A stretch of DNA of 64,000 nucleotides from Candidatus Parcubacteria bacterium (lineage in GTDB: Bacteria; Patescibacteriota; Patescibacteriia; CAIXNZ01), in contig JAPLYG010000018.1 in assembly GCA_026395685.1 (NCBI GenBank), forward strand, positions 288 to 64,287, written 5' to 3'. Under the pieces are notes generated by a model. It made no database searches. It had not been told where the DNA came from and worked only from the letters and a program-made list of their open reading frames with translations. The translations under genes and the position numbers were made by a program. Of the stretch, positions 47,205 through 56,450 are shown piece after piece; position 1 is the first letter of the stretch; the number at the start of each line of letters is the position of its first letter.

Positions 47205-47370
47205 ACTGATTGTCAAATTCGGGTTTTCGAACCCTTCATTGTTAATAATCAATAACCAATAACACAATCATCAAACAATTCCTAATAACTAAATCTAAAT
47301 ACTAAAATTAGTTATTAGAATTTAAATATTTTTTATTGTTTGATGTTTGATTATTGATGTTTGGTGATTT
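47205..47370. repeat. AT-rich imperfect palindromic intergenic element, copy C (topA leader)
   Basis: aataatcaataaccaataacacaatcatcaaacaa ... ctaaatctaaatactaaaattag ... ttgtttgatgtttgattattgatgtttgg. A minus-strand TTGACA-N17-TATTAAT promoter lies at about 47196..47224. Confidence 0.65.
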
Positions 47371-48498
47371 TTATAGAAGTATATAGTTTTGTCCTCCTAA
47401 ATTCTTAATCATACCCTTCATCTCCATTAGGCTTAAACAGCCGGAAACTAAAGAAGCAGTCAATTTTGTCGATTTTATAATATCATCAATATGTTTCGGT
47501 TCATGATTAAGGTTTTTATATATTAATTTTTCTTCAGTTGTTTGGGGCAGCACCAGCTGGTTGGATATATAACTTTTAACCTCATTAAGATTTAGTTCTT
47601 CCAAAATTTCCTGATAGTTAGTTATTAATTTGGCACCTTTTTGAATTAATTTATTCGTGCCGATAGAATTCTCATTATAAATTGAGCCTGGGACGGCGAA
47701 TACTTCGCGGTTTTGTTCCAAAGCTATATAGGCGGTAATTAATGCCCCGGATGTTTCAGCCGCTTCAATTACTAAGGTTCCTAAACTTAAACCGGAAATT
47801 ATGCGATTGCGGATCGGGAAGTTATGCTTAAGCGGCAACATGCCAATGGGAAACTCCGATATGATAGTGCCATCATGCTCTAAAATGTTTTTAGCTATAT
47901 AGCGGTTTGAAGAAGGATAAATACTGGTGGTATCTAAGCCGCTGCCTAAAACTGCGATTGTTTTTCCCTGAACATCTACTGCGCTCTGATGGGCTAAGGC
48001 ATCCACGCCAATTGCCAATCCGCTGACAATTGTGAAGCCATTTTGGGCTAAAGGCTTTACCAGTTTCGGCGTTATCTGTTTGCCATAGTTGGAAATTTTT
48101 CTGGTGCCCACAACAGCCAGATTATAGCGGCAGTTAAAATTCTTGATATTTCCTTTGATATATAATAAGGCAGGTGGATTAAAAATTTCTTTAAGCAACT
48201 CTGGATAGTCTTCATCTTTAACCGTAAGCGCGTTAATGCCTTCAGTTTGAATTTTTTCCATTTCAGTATCGGGATCAATTTGTTCTTTAGTTAAATAAAA
48301 CTCCCTGGCAATGTTTTCCTCCAGGCCGCTTTTTTGCAATTCTAAAAGATCGGCTTCCCAGGCAGCTTTCATATCAGGGAAGTGATTATAAAGTTTTTTA
48401 AACCTGTTTGCGCCGATTTTGGCAAACTGGCTGATGGCGATCCAGTATTTTAGATCATTGTTCATTGTTTTTATTTCCTTTTTGCGTTTATTAGGCAA
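47371..48498 (-). CDS. dprA: DNA processing protein DprA (Smf)
   Basis: Rossmann-fold DprA core (GxAxGxDxxAH) with the conserved dprA-topA synteny. Confidence 0.85.
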   Translation of the reverse strand: MPNKRKKEIKTMNNDLKYWIAISQFAKIGANRFKKLYNHFPDMKAAWEADLLELQKSGLEENIAREFYLTKEQIDPDTEMEKIQTEGINALTVKDEDYPELLKEIFNPPALLYIKGNIKNFNCRYNLAVVGTRKISNYGKQITPKLVKPLAQNGFTIVSGLAIGVDALAHQSAVDVQGKTIAVLGSGLDTTSIYPSSNRYIAKNILEHDGTIISEFPIGMLPLKHNFPIRNRIISGLSLGTLVIEAAETSGALITAYIALEQNREVFAVPGSIYNENSIGTNKLIQKGAKLITNYQEILEELNLNEVKSYISNQLVLPQTTEEKLIYKNLNHEPKHIDDIIKSTKLTASLVSGCLSLMEMKGMIKNLGGQNYILL

Positions 48499-48668
48499 TT
48501 GGTGTTTAAATGATTAATAACAAATTTTTAATTTTTAGTGAATGAAATAATGATTTAATGTCTAAATTCAGACATTACAAACTTAGTCATTGAATAAAAA
48601 TTATAAATTAAAAATTAATAATTAAAGAAATGGTGCTTTTTTGTATATTATCACATAAACTTTAGTCT

Positions 48669-48697
48669 TGACAAAAGGTCATTTTTTTGATATGCTG
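48669..48697 (+). promoter_or_regulatory. Promoter TTGACA-N17-TATGCT driving a ~235-nt leader
   Basis: Consensus -35 hexamer with a 17-nt spacer. The leader contains a long-range CCAGCG/CGCTGG pairing and a GAGAGUAGC motif. Confidence 0.45.
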
Positions 48698-48935
48698 GAG
48701 AATAATAAAAAATTAGTAGATTAGTAGCCAATTAGTATTCAGACTTCTATCTGCCAGCGCGAAATCAAAAGGGACCCTCCTCCTGATTAGAGAGTAGCTA
48801 AGTTAGGGTATTAGCCTTGTGCGAATTATTCTACGCTGGCGGGTAGTATTCTTGATAGTAATGGCAAGGGGGCTTTGAGTCTGGTATTAAGAGCCTTTTG
48901 CATAAAATCAAACCAAAGCGCAAGGAGGATTGATC

Positions 48936-49145
48936 ATGAATTGTCCGTTAATGAAAGGTGATCAAATAAAGATGTGTGGGGCTTTCCAATGCAGACTAGT
49001 TTTGTCCCCGGAGGAATTGAAGGAAGTCTGTTCCAACGACAGTTGGAGGAACTGCAGCTTTTATTTAAAGCACCAGCAACAGGGGCAACAGTTGCCGATT
49101 CATGAACACTATGACCACTATGATAAACGGCCGCCTCTGTGTTAG
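48936..49145 (+). CDS. Cys/His-rich small protein (putative metal-binding) with a strong SD
   Basis: MNCPLMKGDQIKMCGAFQCRLVLSPEELKEVCSNDSWRNCSFYLKHQQQGQQLPIHEHYDHYDKRPPLC. GCAAGGAGGATTGATC-ATG. Higher local G+C. Confidence 0.5.
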   Translation: MNCPLMKGDQIKMCGAFQCRLVLSPEELKEVCSNDSWRNCSFYLKHQQQGQQLPIHEHYDHYDKRPPLC

Positions 49146-49312
49146 AGCGGAGCTGCTTTAGCTCCCGCCTACGCTCATCCTTCACTTCGCTACGGAGGGC
49201 TTCGGCGGGCAGGCGACCCTTGTCTGCCCCGCCAAAAAAATCATGCGGTTTGTCGTAAGACAGCCGCTTTTATTTTTGGGAAATAAAAAATCCGCTCATT
49301 TTTTTAAAAAAT

Positions 49313-49340
49313 GTAGGGAACGCAGATCTGCGTTCCCTAC
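49313..49340. repeat. 28-nt perfect palindrome gtagggaacgcagatctgcgttccctac, copy 2
   Basis: See 35245..35272. Confidence 0.85.
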
Positions 49341-49366
49341 AAATATAAATTATTTGAGCGGATTTT

Positions 49367-49939
49367 TTAATTGAATTTATTTTGAACTTTATTTAGAGGT
49401 TCCCCGTTAATTAGGAGATTAAGCGCCTCGAGTATCTGAGGAATTGAATTTTTTATAATTTTTTTGTCAGCGGGAGTGAAGTTTTGCAGGACAAATTTGT
49501 CAGCCGGCATTTTTTCGCGGAGGGAATTGGCCACGCCGACGCGAATGCGGATAAAACCTTTACTGCCCAGTTCTTTAATAATTGACTCTACGCCATTATT
49601 GCCGCCGGAACTTGCGTCTTGGGAAATTCTGATTTTGCCGAGTGCTAAATCAATATCATCATGAACTACGATTATATTTTCCAGCTTGATTTTGAAAAAA
49701 GTCTTAATAGTTTTGACTGCCTGGCCAGAATTGTTCATAAAAGTTTGGGGCTTAGCCAGGATAAAATTAGCGCCTTTCGCAATTTCGGCTTTAAATTTTT
49801 TTTCCAATTTAAATGTCGGTACAACACCGAATAAATTCGGTATTACCCGAGCAGCATCTAAGGCTTGAAAGCCAATGTTATGGCGGTTATTTTTGTATTC
49901 TTGGCCGGGGTTGCCCAGACCGACTATTAATTTAGTCAT
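49367..49939 (-). CDS. pth: Peptidyl-tRNA hydrolase
   Basis: MTKLIVGLGNPG...HNIGF Pth signature. Confidence 0.9.
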   Translation of the reverse strand: MTKLIVGLGNPGQEYKNNRHNIGFQALDAARVIPNLFGVVPTFKLEKKFKAEIAKGANFILAKPQTFMNNSGQAVKTIKTFFKIKLENIIVVHDDIDLALGKIRISQDASSGGNNGVESIIKELGSKGFIRIRVGVANSLREKMPADKFVLQNFTPADKKIIKNSIPQILEALNLLINGEPLNKVQNKFN

Positions 49940-49944
49940 ATTTT

Positions 49945-50080
49945 TTTAAAAATCCTCAATAATCAAGTGCCAATAATCAAGCAATATCAAATAAATAAAT
50001 CCTAAATTCTAAACCTTTGGTAATTATATTTTTAAATTTAGAATTTGTTGGATGATTGATTATGGTGTATTGATTATTAA
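49945..50080. repeat. AT-rich imperfect palindromic intergenic element, copy D (pth leader)
   Basis: ctcaataatcaagtgccaataatcaagcaatatcaa ... ctaaattctaaa ... ttgttggatgattgattatggtgtattgattatt. Confidence 0.65.
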
Positions 50081-50081
50081 A

Positions 50082-50951
50082 TTATGGCAATTTATTCGCA
50101 ATTATATTTAAAACTTGGGGCAGAATTCTTACATCCAAATAGGGGAGCTCGAAATTGTCGCCGTCTATTTGTTTGGGAACTTTTTTATGCAACGGTAAAA
50201 TATAAATTCTTTTAGCTTTAAAAAATTCATAGCGCCAGTCTTTTAAATAATAACCTTTAATTAGCCGAAAGGCAATTATCCCCAAATCTCTAAGATTTAG
50301 TGTTTTTAAGATGCTTAAGCTTAAATAGCCATCATTTATTTTGGAGGCAGGATTAAGATTAAAATTGAAAAATCTGGCAAAGTTGGATATAAATACGCTC
50401 TGGGCAGTCACGGTATATGACTCATCATCAATTTTTATAAAATATTTATTGGCATGAGTATTGAAAAATGAATATATAAGGCTAAAGATATAAGCCAGAA
50501 ATCCCCAGGCTTTTTTTAATTTGCGCGAAGTATTTTTAATTACTTTGGCGTCAAATCCGCAACCGGTGGCAATTAAGAAGTATTCACGGTTATTGATAAG
50601 ACCGGCATCAATTTTTTGGATTTTTTCGCTCAGCCCCAGTTTCAAGGCTTTGCCAAGATCGAAGGGGATGCCTAAAGCAGAAGCTAAAATATTGGCACTG
50701 CCAATGGGAATAATGGCAATTGGGGTCTGGCTGTGAGCACTAATAATCCAGGCCGCTACTTCTTTGATAGTGCCATCGCCCCCAGCGACAAAAATACGTT
50801 CAAAACTGTCCGGGTTAAGACCGATAAATGAGCCGGTGGACAGGTCATGCCAGTGATAATCCAGATTCAGCTGCTTGCAGATGCTCCTGATCTGCCGGTC
50901 TTTGGCTCTTTTTTTACCGGCCATGGGATTGTAAATAATTAATGCGTTCAT
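50082..50951 (-). CDS. Diacylglycerol/lipid kinase catalytic-domain protein (YegS/BmrU family)
   Basis: NPMAGKK...VAGGDGT... DAGK_cat signature. Confidence 0.8.
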   Translation of the reverse strand: MNALIIYNPMAGKKRAKDRQIRSICKQLNLDYHWHDLSTGSFIGLNPDSFERIFVAGGDGTIKEVAAWIISAHSQTPIAIIPIGSANILASALGIPFDLGKALKLGLSEKIQKIDAGLINNREYFLIATGCGFDAKVIKNTSRKLKKAWGFLAYIFSLIYSFFNTHANKYFIKIDDESYTVTAQSVFISNFARFFNFNLNPASKINDGYLSLSILKTLNLRDLGIIAFRLIKGYYLKDWRYEFFKAKRIYILPLHKKVPKQIDGDNFELPYLDVRILPQVLNIIANKLP

Positions 50952-52324
50952 GAATCTTTTAGATTGATTTCAATCGGCGTGCCGATCAGATCAAACTCTG
51001 TGCGTAATGAATTTTCCAGATAGCGTAAATAGGACTGATTTAGCTGGTCCTGCTTGCGCAATTTAATTTCAAAAATTGGAGGATTTGTTTTTACCTGCGT
51101 CAGACCGAATAAAAACGGATGAGTAAAGCCTTTAGAGCGCGATGGTCTGTGCCTTTTTATGGTTTTCTTTAAGAACGTGTCTAAAGGTTTATCTTTGATT
51201 TGAATTTGTCTTTTTTTATAAACCTCAAGCGCCAGATCCAGAACATTTTGCGTGCCTTTTTGCGTCTTGGCGGAAACGAAAATAATCGGCGCCCAGGTTA
51301 AATAGGGGAAATAGCGGTAAATATATTTGGTAAAATTGTTTTGGGTTTTGTCATCTTTATCAACAATCAGATCCCATTTGTTGGCGACGATAATAATGCT
51401 GGCTTTTGATTTTATCAGGACATCGCTCAATTTGTTGTCCTGGACAGAAATTGGTTCGCTGATATCCAAAATTAAAAGACAAATATCAGAATGACGCGCA
51501 TTTTCCAGGCTTCTTTTGACAGAAGTATGTTCCAGTCCGACATTTACTTTAGACTGTTTACGCACGCCGGCAGTATCGACTAATATTATTTTTTGGTTAT
51601 TATATTCCAGTTCAATATCGATTGATTCTCTGGTCGTAAACGGAATAGGTGAGACAATTACTCTTTCTTCCCCCAAAATGGCATTTAATAATGACGATTT
51701 GCCGACATTGGGCTTGCCTACCATGGTGATTTTTAAGGCTTTTTCTTTTTCCGGCTTTTCTCCCTTTTTTAGGAGGTGTTTATTTACTAAAGTTTCAGTA
51801 ATTGCATCCAATAAATCACCGGTGCCTAGTCCGTTTTTAGCGGAAATGCAAACTGGTGCGCCCAGTCCCAGCTTGAAAAATTCTGTAGTCTGAGGCTGCC
51901 TGTTAATAGAATCCATTTTATTGGCAACCAGAATAATCGGTTTTGCGGGCAGTAATTTCTCCAGTGATCTTTTTAATTCTCGGTCTTGCGCCAAGACACC
52001 GACTTGGGTATCAACTACAAAAACGATCAGGTCTGCTTCTTTAAGGACTTGTTGGGTTTTTCTTATTATTTCTACGGCAAAATCAAGATTTAATTTAGGT
52101 GCTAGATTTTTCAGCTTTTTTTTCGGAAGAATAGTATCTATGCCGCCAGTATCGATCAATTCAAAATTATATCCCTGCCAATAAACCTGTCCGACATTAA
52201 AATCTCTGGTTGTGCCGGCAAGCGGAGAAGTAAGGGATTTTGATTGTTCAATCAGCCGGTTAAATAAAGTTGATTTGCCGGTATTAGCCCGTCCGAAGAT
52301 TATTACGCGAGGATATTTTTTCAT
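50948..52324 (-). CDS. der: Ribosome-biogenesis GTPase Der (EngA)
   Basis: Two tandem GTPase domains (GRANTGKST; GKPNVGKSS) plus a KH-like C-terminus. Confidence 0.9.
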   Translation of the reverse strand: MKKYPRVIIFGRANTGKSTLFNRLIEQSKSLTSPLAGTTRDFNVGQVYWQGYNFELIDTGGIDTILPKKKLKNLAPKLNLDFAVEIIRKTQQVLKEADLIVFVVDTQVGVLAQDRELKRSLEKLLPAKPIILVANKMDSINRQPQTTEFFKLGLGAPVCISAKNGLGTGDLLDAITETLVNKHLLKKGEKPEKEKALKITMVGKPNVGKSSLLNAILGEERVIVSPIPFTTRESIDIELEYNNQKIILVDTAGVRKQSKVNVGLEHTSVKRSLENARHSDICLLILDISEPISVQDNKLSDVLIKSKASIIIVANKWDLIVDKDDKTQNNFTKYIYRYFPYLTWAPIIFVSAKTQKGTQNVLDLALEVYKKRQIQIKDKPLDTFLKKTIKRHRPSRSKGFTHPFLFGLTQVKTNPPIFEIKLRKQDQLNQSYLRYLENSLRTEFDLIGTPIEINLKDS

Positions 52325-52386
52325 AAATTCAAATATTGCTAATTCGTAATAGCTTTAAGTATTAGTAGTAAAAATTTAAATTAAGT

Positions 52387-53772
52387 TTATGGTAGTTTTG
52401 ATATTGACTTAAGGTCTTGGCCTAAGATAATTAAAAAGTCAGCTTCAATATTGTCGCTTGTCATCCAGTCCGGTTTAGTGTCTGTTAACTTTGCCTGCAG
52501 TTTTGTTTGCAGCTCTGTAAGCTGTTCTGCTTTTTGACCCTGGGTTAAATCATATATAAGAGTGTTGGAATAGTCTTGTTTTGACGCATTGCCTATTTTG
52601 GTAATCTTGTAGCCATCGGCTTTCAAGGTAACGGAAGTCCTGTAAGCCAGGCCTTCTATTTTAGTGCCGTTTTGGATTTCTAATTTTACAATTTCTACTG
52701 CTTTCTGCTGCTTTTGCGGGTCAAAAACATATTTGACAATGTTTTGCAGCTGTTTGAAAGACATGTCTTTGGGCAAAAGCAAATAGGCGCCGTTTATGTT
52801 GGTGGCAAAAAGCGGACCATTTGGTTCAACCTCTAAAACAACATTATTAATATTTGAAGTATCAATTTTTTTTGCCAGTTTATAGAATTTGTAAATTTCC
52901 CAGGGTTCCAGATTGGTTGTGACATGGTCTTTATACATATCTAACAGTGCACTGATTTTGCGGTAGCTTATGAAAGTACTGAAAGATAAAGCCTTGTCTT
53001 TGATGGCCTGAAGGACTTTTTGTTGGCGCTTGCTGCGGGCAAAATCAGAGTTTTCTCCGTTGGTGCCGTGGCGTGACCGTGCATAATTAAGCGCTGTCTT
53101 GCCGTCCATTTTTTGCCAGCCTTGTCGGAAAGATACTGTCTGGTAGCCAAAGTCGTCAGTCGGGAATTGGGGATCGGAAAAGGCATTTTCAACATTGATT
53201 TTAATGCCACCAAGTTCGTCAATTAATTTTTCAAATCCTGAGAAATCAACCCTGACATAATAATGAATCGGCTGGTTAAAGGTTTTATTCACTACCTCAG
53301 AGGCAAACTGGGCGCCATTGCCGTTTTGGTCTGTCTCTCCGAAACTGTTGGCATTATTTATTTTACGCCAGCCATAACCCGGAATCGGCACTGATAAATC
53401 TCGCGGAATAGAAATCATCGAAATTTTATTTTCTGATGGCTTGAGGGAGGTCAAAATTATGGTATCGGTCAGATAGGGCCCAGGATGGCCAGCGCCGCCC
53501 ATGCCAAGCAATAATATATTAATGCGGTCATCTGCTTCGCCTTTAAGCAGCTTTTCATTATCCAAACTAAAGCCGATATTCTGAAAAATATTTATTTTTT
53601 CCAGGTTATCAATCACGCTTTCCCCGGATAAAATCACTTCTACTGAAAACACCAAAAAAAAGACCGCGATAAAAATAAGGGGATAAAAAAGCAGTTTTAA
53701 AAAACTGACAGGCTGACGGGTCTCCCCCTCTTTCTTATTGGAACGAAGCAGGTTGATTTTGGGTTGGGTCAT
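52387..53772 (-). CDS. LytR-CpsA-Psr (LCP) family cell-envelope phosphotransferase
   Basis: N-terminal TM and an LCP core (...LLGMGGAGHPG...TDTIILTS...ISIPRD...). Confidence 0.8.
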   Translation of the reverse strand: MTQPKINLLRSNKKEGETRQPVSFLKLLFYPLIFIAVFFLVFSVEVILSGESVIDNLEKINIFQNIGFSLDNEKLLKGEADDRINILLLGMGGAGHPGPYLTDTIILTSLKPSENKISMISIPRDLSVPIPGYGWRKINNANSFGETDQNGNGAQFASEVVNKTFNQPIHYYVRVDFSGFEKLIDELGGIKINVENAFSDPQFPTDDFGYQTVSFRQGWQKMDGKTALNYARSRHGTNGENSDFARSKRQQKVLQAIKDKALSFSTFISYRKISALLDMYKDHVTTNLEPWEIYKFYKLAKKIDTSNINNVVLEVEPNGPLFATNINGAYLLLPKDMSFKQLQNIVKYVFDPQKQQKAVEIVKLEIQNGTKIEGLAYRTSVTLKADGYKITKIGNASKQDYSNTLIYDLTQGQKAEQLTELQTKLQAKLTDTKPDWMTSDNIEADFLIILGQDLKSISKLP

Positions 53773-53938
53773 GTGGATAAACTTAAAATTTAGAGAAAAT
53801 TAGTCTCTCCTATATATATTTAACCAGAAAAAAAGATAAAAATCAAGTTTTATCGTTGGGATTATGCAATTTGCCTTTCTTTGTTTTTTATGATATTATT
53901 TTACTAATCGTTTATATTATTAAACAGATATATAAAGT

Positions 53939-54568
53939 ATGAACAAAAATAATGATCAAGATGAGCAGTTTGAATGGAATACAAAGTCATCTTATGATTC
54001 GCTGTTAAAAACAGTGGGGGAATTTTTTGTTGAAATTGTTAAGGTGGTTATAATTTCTTTGGCAATAATTATCCCGGTCAGATATTTTCTGATCCAGCCT
54101 TTTTATGTCAAAGGCGCTTCCATGGAGCCGAATTTTTATGATCATGAATATCTGATCATTAATGAAATATCGTATCGTTTTACCGGACCGGAACGCGGGG
54201 ATATTATTATTTTCCGCTATCCCAAAGACCCGAGTCAGTATTTTATTAAGAGAGTAATCGGATTGCCTGGGGATATCATTAAGCTTAAGGATAATAAAAT
54301 ATATATTAAGACTAAAGAGACTTCTGATTTTGTAGCCTTAGATGAAACAGAATATTTAAATGAAGATGTGAACACTCTAAGTTTCGGGCGTTCTGATTAT
54401 GAGCTGGAAGCGGATCAGTTTTTTGTAATGGGAGATAATCGTGAACAAAGTTTGGATTCCCGCCGGTTCGGACCCATCGATAGGCGCCTGATTATTGGTA
54501 AAGCTTGGATTAGGGGCTGGCCGTTTGATAAGGTTACGATTTTTAAAACACCGCAGTTTAATTTTTAA
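53939..54568 (+). CDS. lepB: Signal peptidase I
   Basis: Catalytic Ser box (KGASMEPN), Lys box, and GDNREQSLDSR. Confidence 0.9.
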   Translation: MNKNNDQDEQFEWNTKSSYDSLLKTVGEFFVEIVKVVIISLAIIIPVRYFLIQPFYVKGASMEPNFYDHEYLIINEISYRFTGPERGDIIIFRYPKDPSQYFIKRVIGLPGDIIKLKDNKIYIKTKETSDFVALDETEYLNEDVNTLSFGRSDYELEADQFFVMGDNREQSLDSRRFGPIDRRLIIGKAWIRGWPFDKVTIFKTPQFNF

Positions 54569-54635
54569 GCCTTAAATTTTTAGTGGTTAAATTAAAAAAT
54601 ATTTTATATTCAATTTAAATTTTAATTTTTCCGTT

Positions 54636-56042
54636 ATGGCTAAGCTTAAGAAGAAAGAAAAAAATGTGAAAAAAAATATTAAGCCGATTAAAACAGAAAA
54701 GGCTGATGAGGCTAAAAATTTTAAGGTTTCTAAAAAGACGCCCCAGGTTTTGCGCGGGTTTAAAGATATTTTGCCGGGCGAACAAAGATATTGGGATTTG
54801 CTTTATGCAAAAGTTGCAAATTTGACGACAGATTACGGTTTTGAGAGGATTGATTTACCCTTACTGGAAGAAACTTCGTTATTCATCCGTTCAGTCGGCA
54901 AGGAGACAGATATTGTTGATAAGGAAATGTTTTCCTTTGTTGACCGCGGCAATGAAAATGTAAGTTTACGTCCTGAGGCAACTGCGCAAATTGCGCGTGC
55001 CTACATAAATCATGGCATGTTTAATCTGCCCCAGCCGGTTAAATTATATTATCTTGGTCCCATGTTCCGTTATGACCGTCCTCAGTCAGGCCGTTATCGC
55101 CAGTTTTACCAGTTTGGCGTGGAGGTTTTGGGAGATAAGCAGCCTGTTTTGGATGCCCAGATTATTATTATGGCCTATAATTTTTTAACCAGCATTGGCT
55201 TGCCGGTTAATGTTCAGGTTAATAGCATTGGCTGCAATAATTGCCGCAAGGAATATAAAGTGCAACTGGTTAATTTTTATAAGAGCCAAAAGCATGATTT
55301 ATGCGAGGACTGCAAGGAACGCTTGCCGAAAAATCCCTTAAGGCTTTTGGACTGCAAGGAAGAAAAATGTTCGGCCATTAAAGAAGATGCTCCCCAAATC
55401 GTAGATTTTTTATGTGATGAATGCAAATCACATTTTATGAAGGTTCTGGAATTCTTGGAAGAGCTGGAAATTCCCTACAGTTTGAATTCCCAATTGGTGC
55501 GCGGTTTAGATTATTATACAAAAACAGTATTTGAAATCTGGCCTCAGGCGGAACAGGCTGCTTTAGACAAACAGCCAGAGCCGGGCGCGGAAGATAAAAA
55601 AGCGCAGATTGCCCTGGCAGGCGGCGGCAGATATGATAATTTGGTTGAAATTTTGGGCGGACGTCCGACTCCGGCCGTGGGTTTTTCCATTGGCCTGGAA
55701 CGCGTGATTTTGAAAATAAAAGAATTGAATCTGGCTGTGCCGGAAAAGGAAAAACGCGATATTTTTGTCGCACAGTTGGGTGAATCAGCGAAGAGAAAAG
55801 CAATGAAACTTTATGAGACATTACGCAGTGAAGGCTTCAAGGTGGCAGAATGCTTTGCCAAAGACGGCTTGAAAAACCAGCTGGAAGTAGCCAATAAACT
55901 AGGGGTAAAATATACTTTAATTCTGGGACAGAAAGAGCTGTCAGAGGGTACAATTTTGCTGCGCGATATGGATGCCGGATCGCAAGAAACGCTGAATTTT
56001 AATAAGGTAGTTAAAGATATAAAAAAACGGCTGGAAGTTTAA
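54636..56042 (+). CDS. hisS: Histidyl-tRNA synthetase (Lys-rich N-extension and a Cys-cluster insertion)
   Basis: LRGFKDILPG (RGxxD), class II motifs and an anticodon-binding domain. The insertion carries CNNC...CEDC...C..C...CDEC. Confidence 0.9.
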   Translation: MAKLKKKEKNVKKNIKPIKTEKADEAKNFKVSKKTPQVLRGFKDILPGEQRYWDLLYAKVANLTTDYGFERIDLPLLEETSLFIRSVGKETDIVDKEMFSFVDRGNENVSLRPEATAQIARAYINHGMFNLPQPVKLYYLGPMFRYDRPQSGRYRQFYQFGVEVLGDKQPVLDAQIIIMAYNFLTSIGLPVNVQVNSIGCNNCRKEYKVQLVNFYKSQKHDLCEDCKERLPKNPLRLLDCKEEKCSAIKEDAPQIVDFLCDECKSHFMKVLEFLEELEIPYSLNSQLVRGLDYYTKTVFEIWPQAEQAALDKQPEPGAEDKKAQIALAGGGRYDNLVEILGGRPTPAVGFSIGLERVILKIKELNLAVPEKEKRDIFVAQLGESAKRKAMKLYETLRSEGFKVAECFAKDGLKNQLEVANKLGVKYTLILGQKELSEGTILLRDMDAGSQETLNFNKVVKDIKKRLEV

Positions 56043-56184
56043 AATATAATAGCAAAATAATAGAGAAAGGCGTTAACTAAGGTTAGCGCTTTTCTTTTGT
56101 ATTTATTAACAGGCATTTTATTTGACGTATTAGCCAAATCCTGATATATTTAAATTAACTTTTTATAGAAAGGAGATAACCTAA

Positions 56185-56421
56185 ATGAGTGAAGTAAAAC
56201 GTAAAAAAGGAGAGACATTTGAAAGCCTTTTAAGACGCTTTAGCAAACGTATGATTCAGAGCGGAAAAATACTGCAAGCCAAAAAAATTAGGTTTATTCA
56301 AAAACCAGAAAATAAAAACTTGAATAAAAAATTAGCTTTGCGCCGCTTAAAGATTAAAACTAAAAAAGATTATTTAAAAAAGATCGGCAAGGAAGTTGAG
56401 GAAACCAGAAACAGAAGGTAA
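56185..56421 (+). CDS. rpsU: 30S ribosomal protein S21
   Basis: MSEVKRKKGETFESLLRRFSKR... S21 family. Native gene with an AAGGAG SD. Confidence 0.85.
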   Translation: MSEVKRKKGETFESLLRRFSKRMIQSGKILQAKKIRFIQKPENKNLNKKLALRRLKIKTKKDYLKKIGKEVEETRNRR

Positions 56422-56450
56422 TCTTTAACTTGGCGCTTTAATTTAAATCA

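Noticed and set aside
48934-49185. 83-aa minus-strand ORF antisense to the Cys-rich protein gene
   Set aside because: There is no promoter or RBS, and it is antisense to an SD-led ORF that has a proper promoter. It is a frame artefact of locally higher GC.
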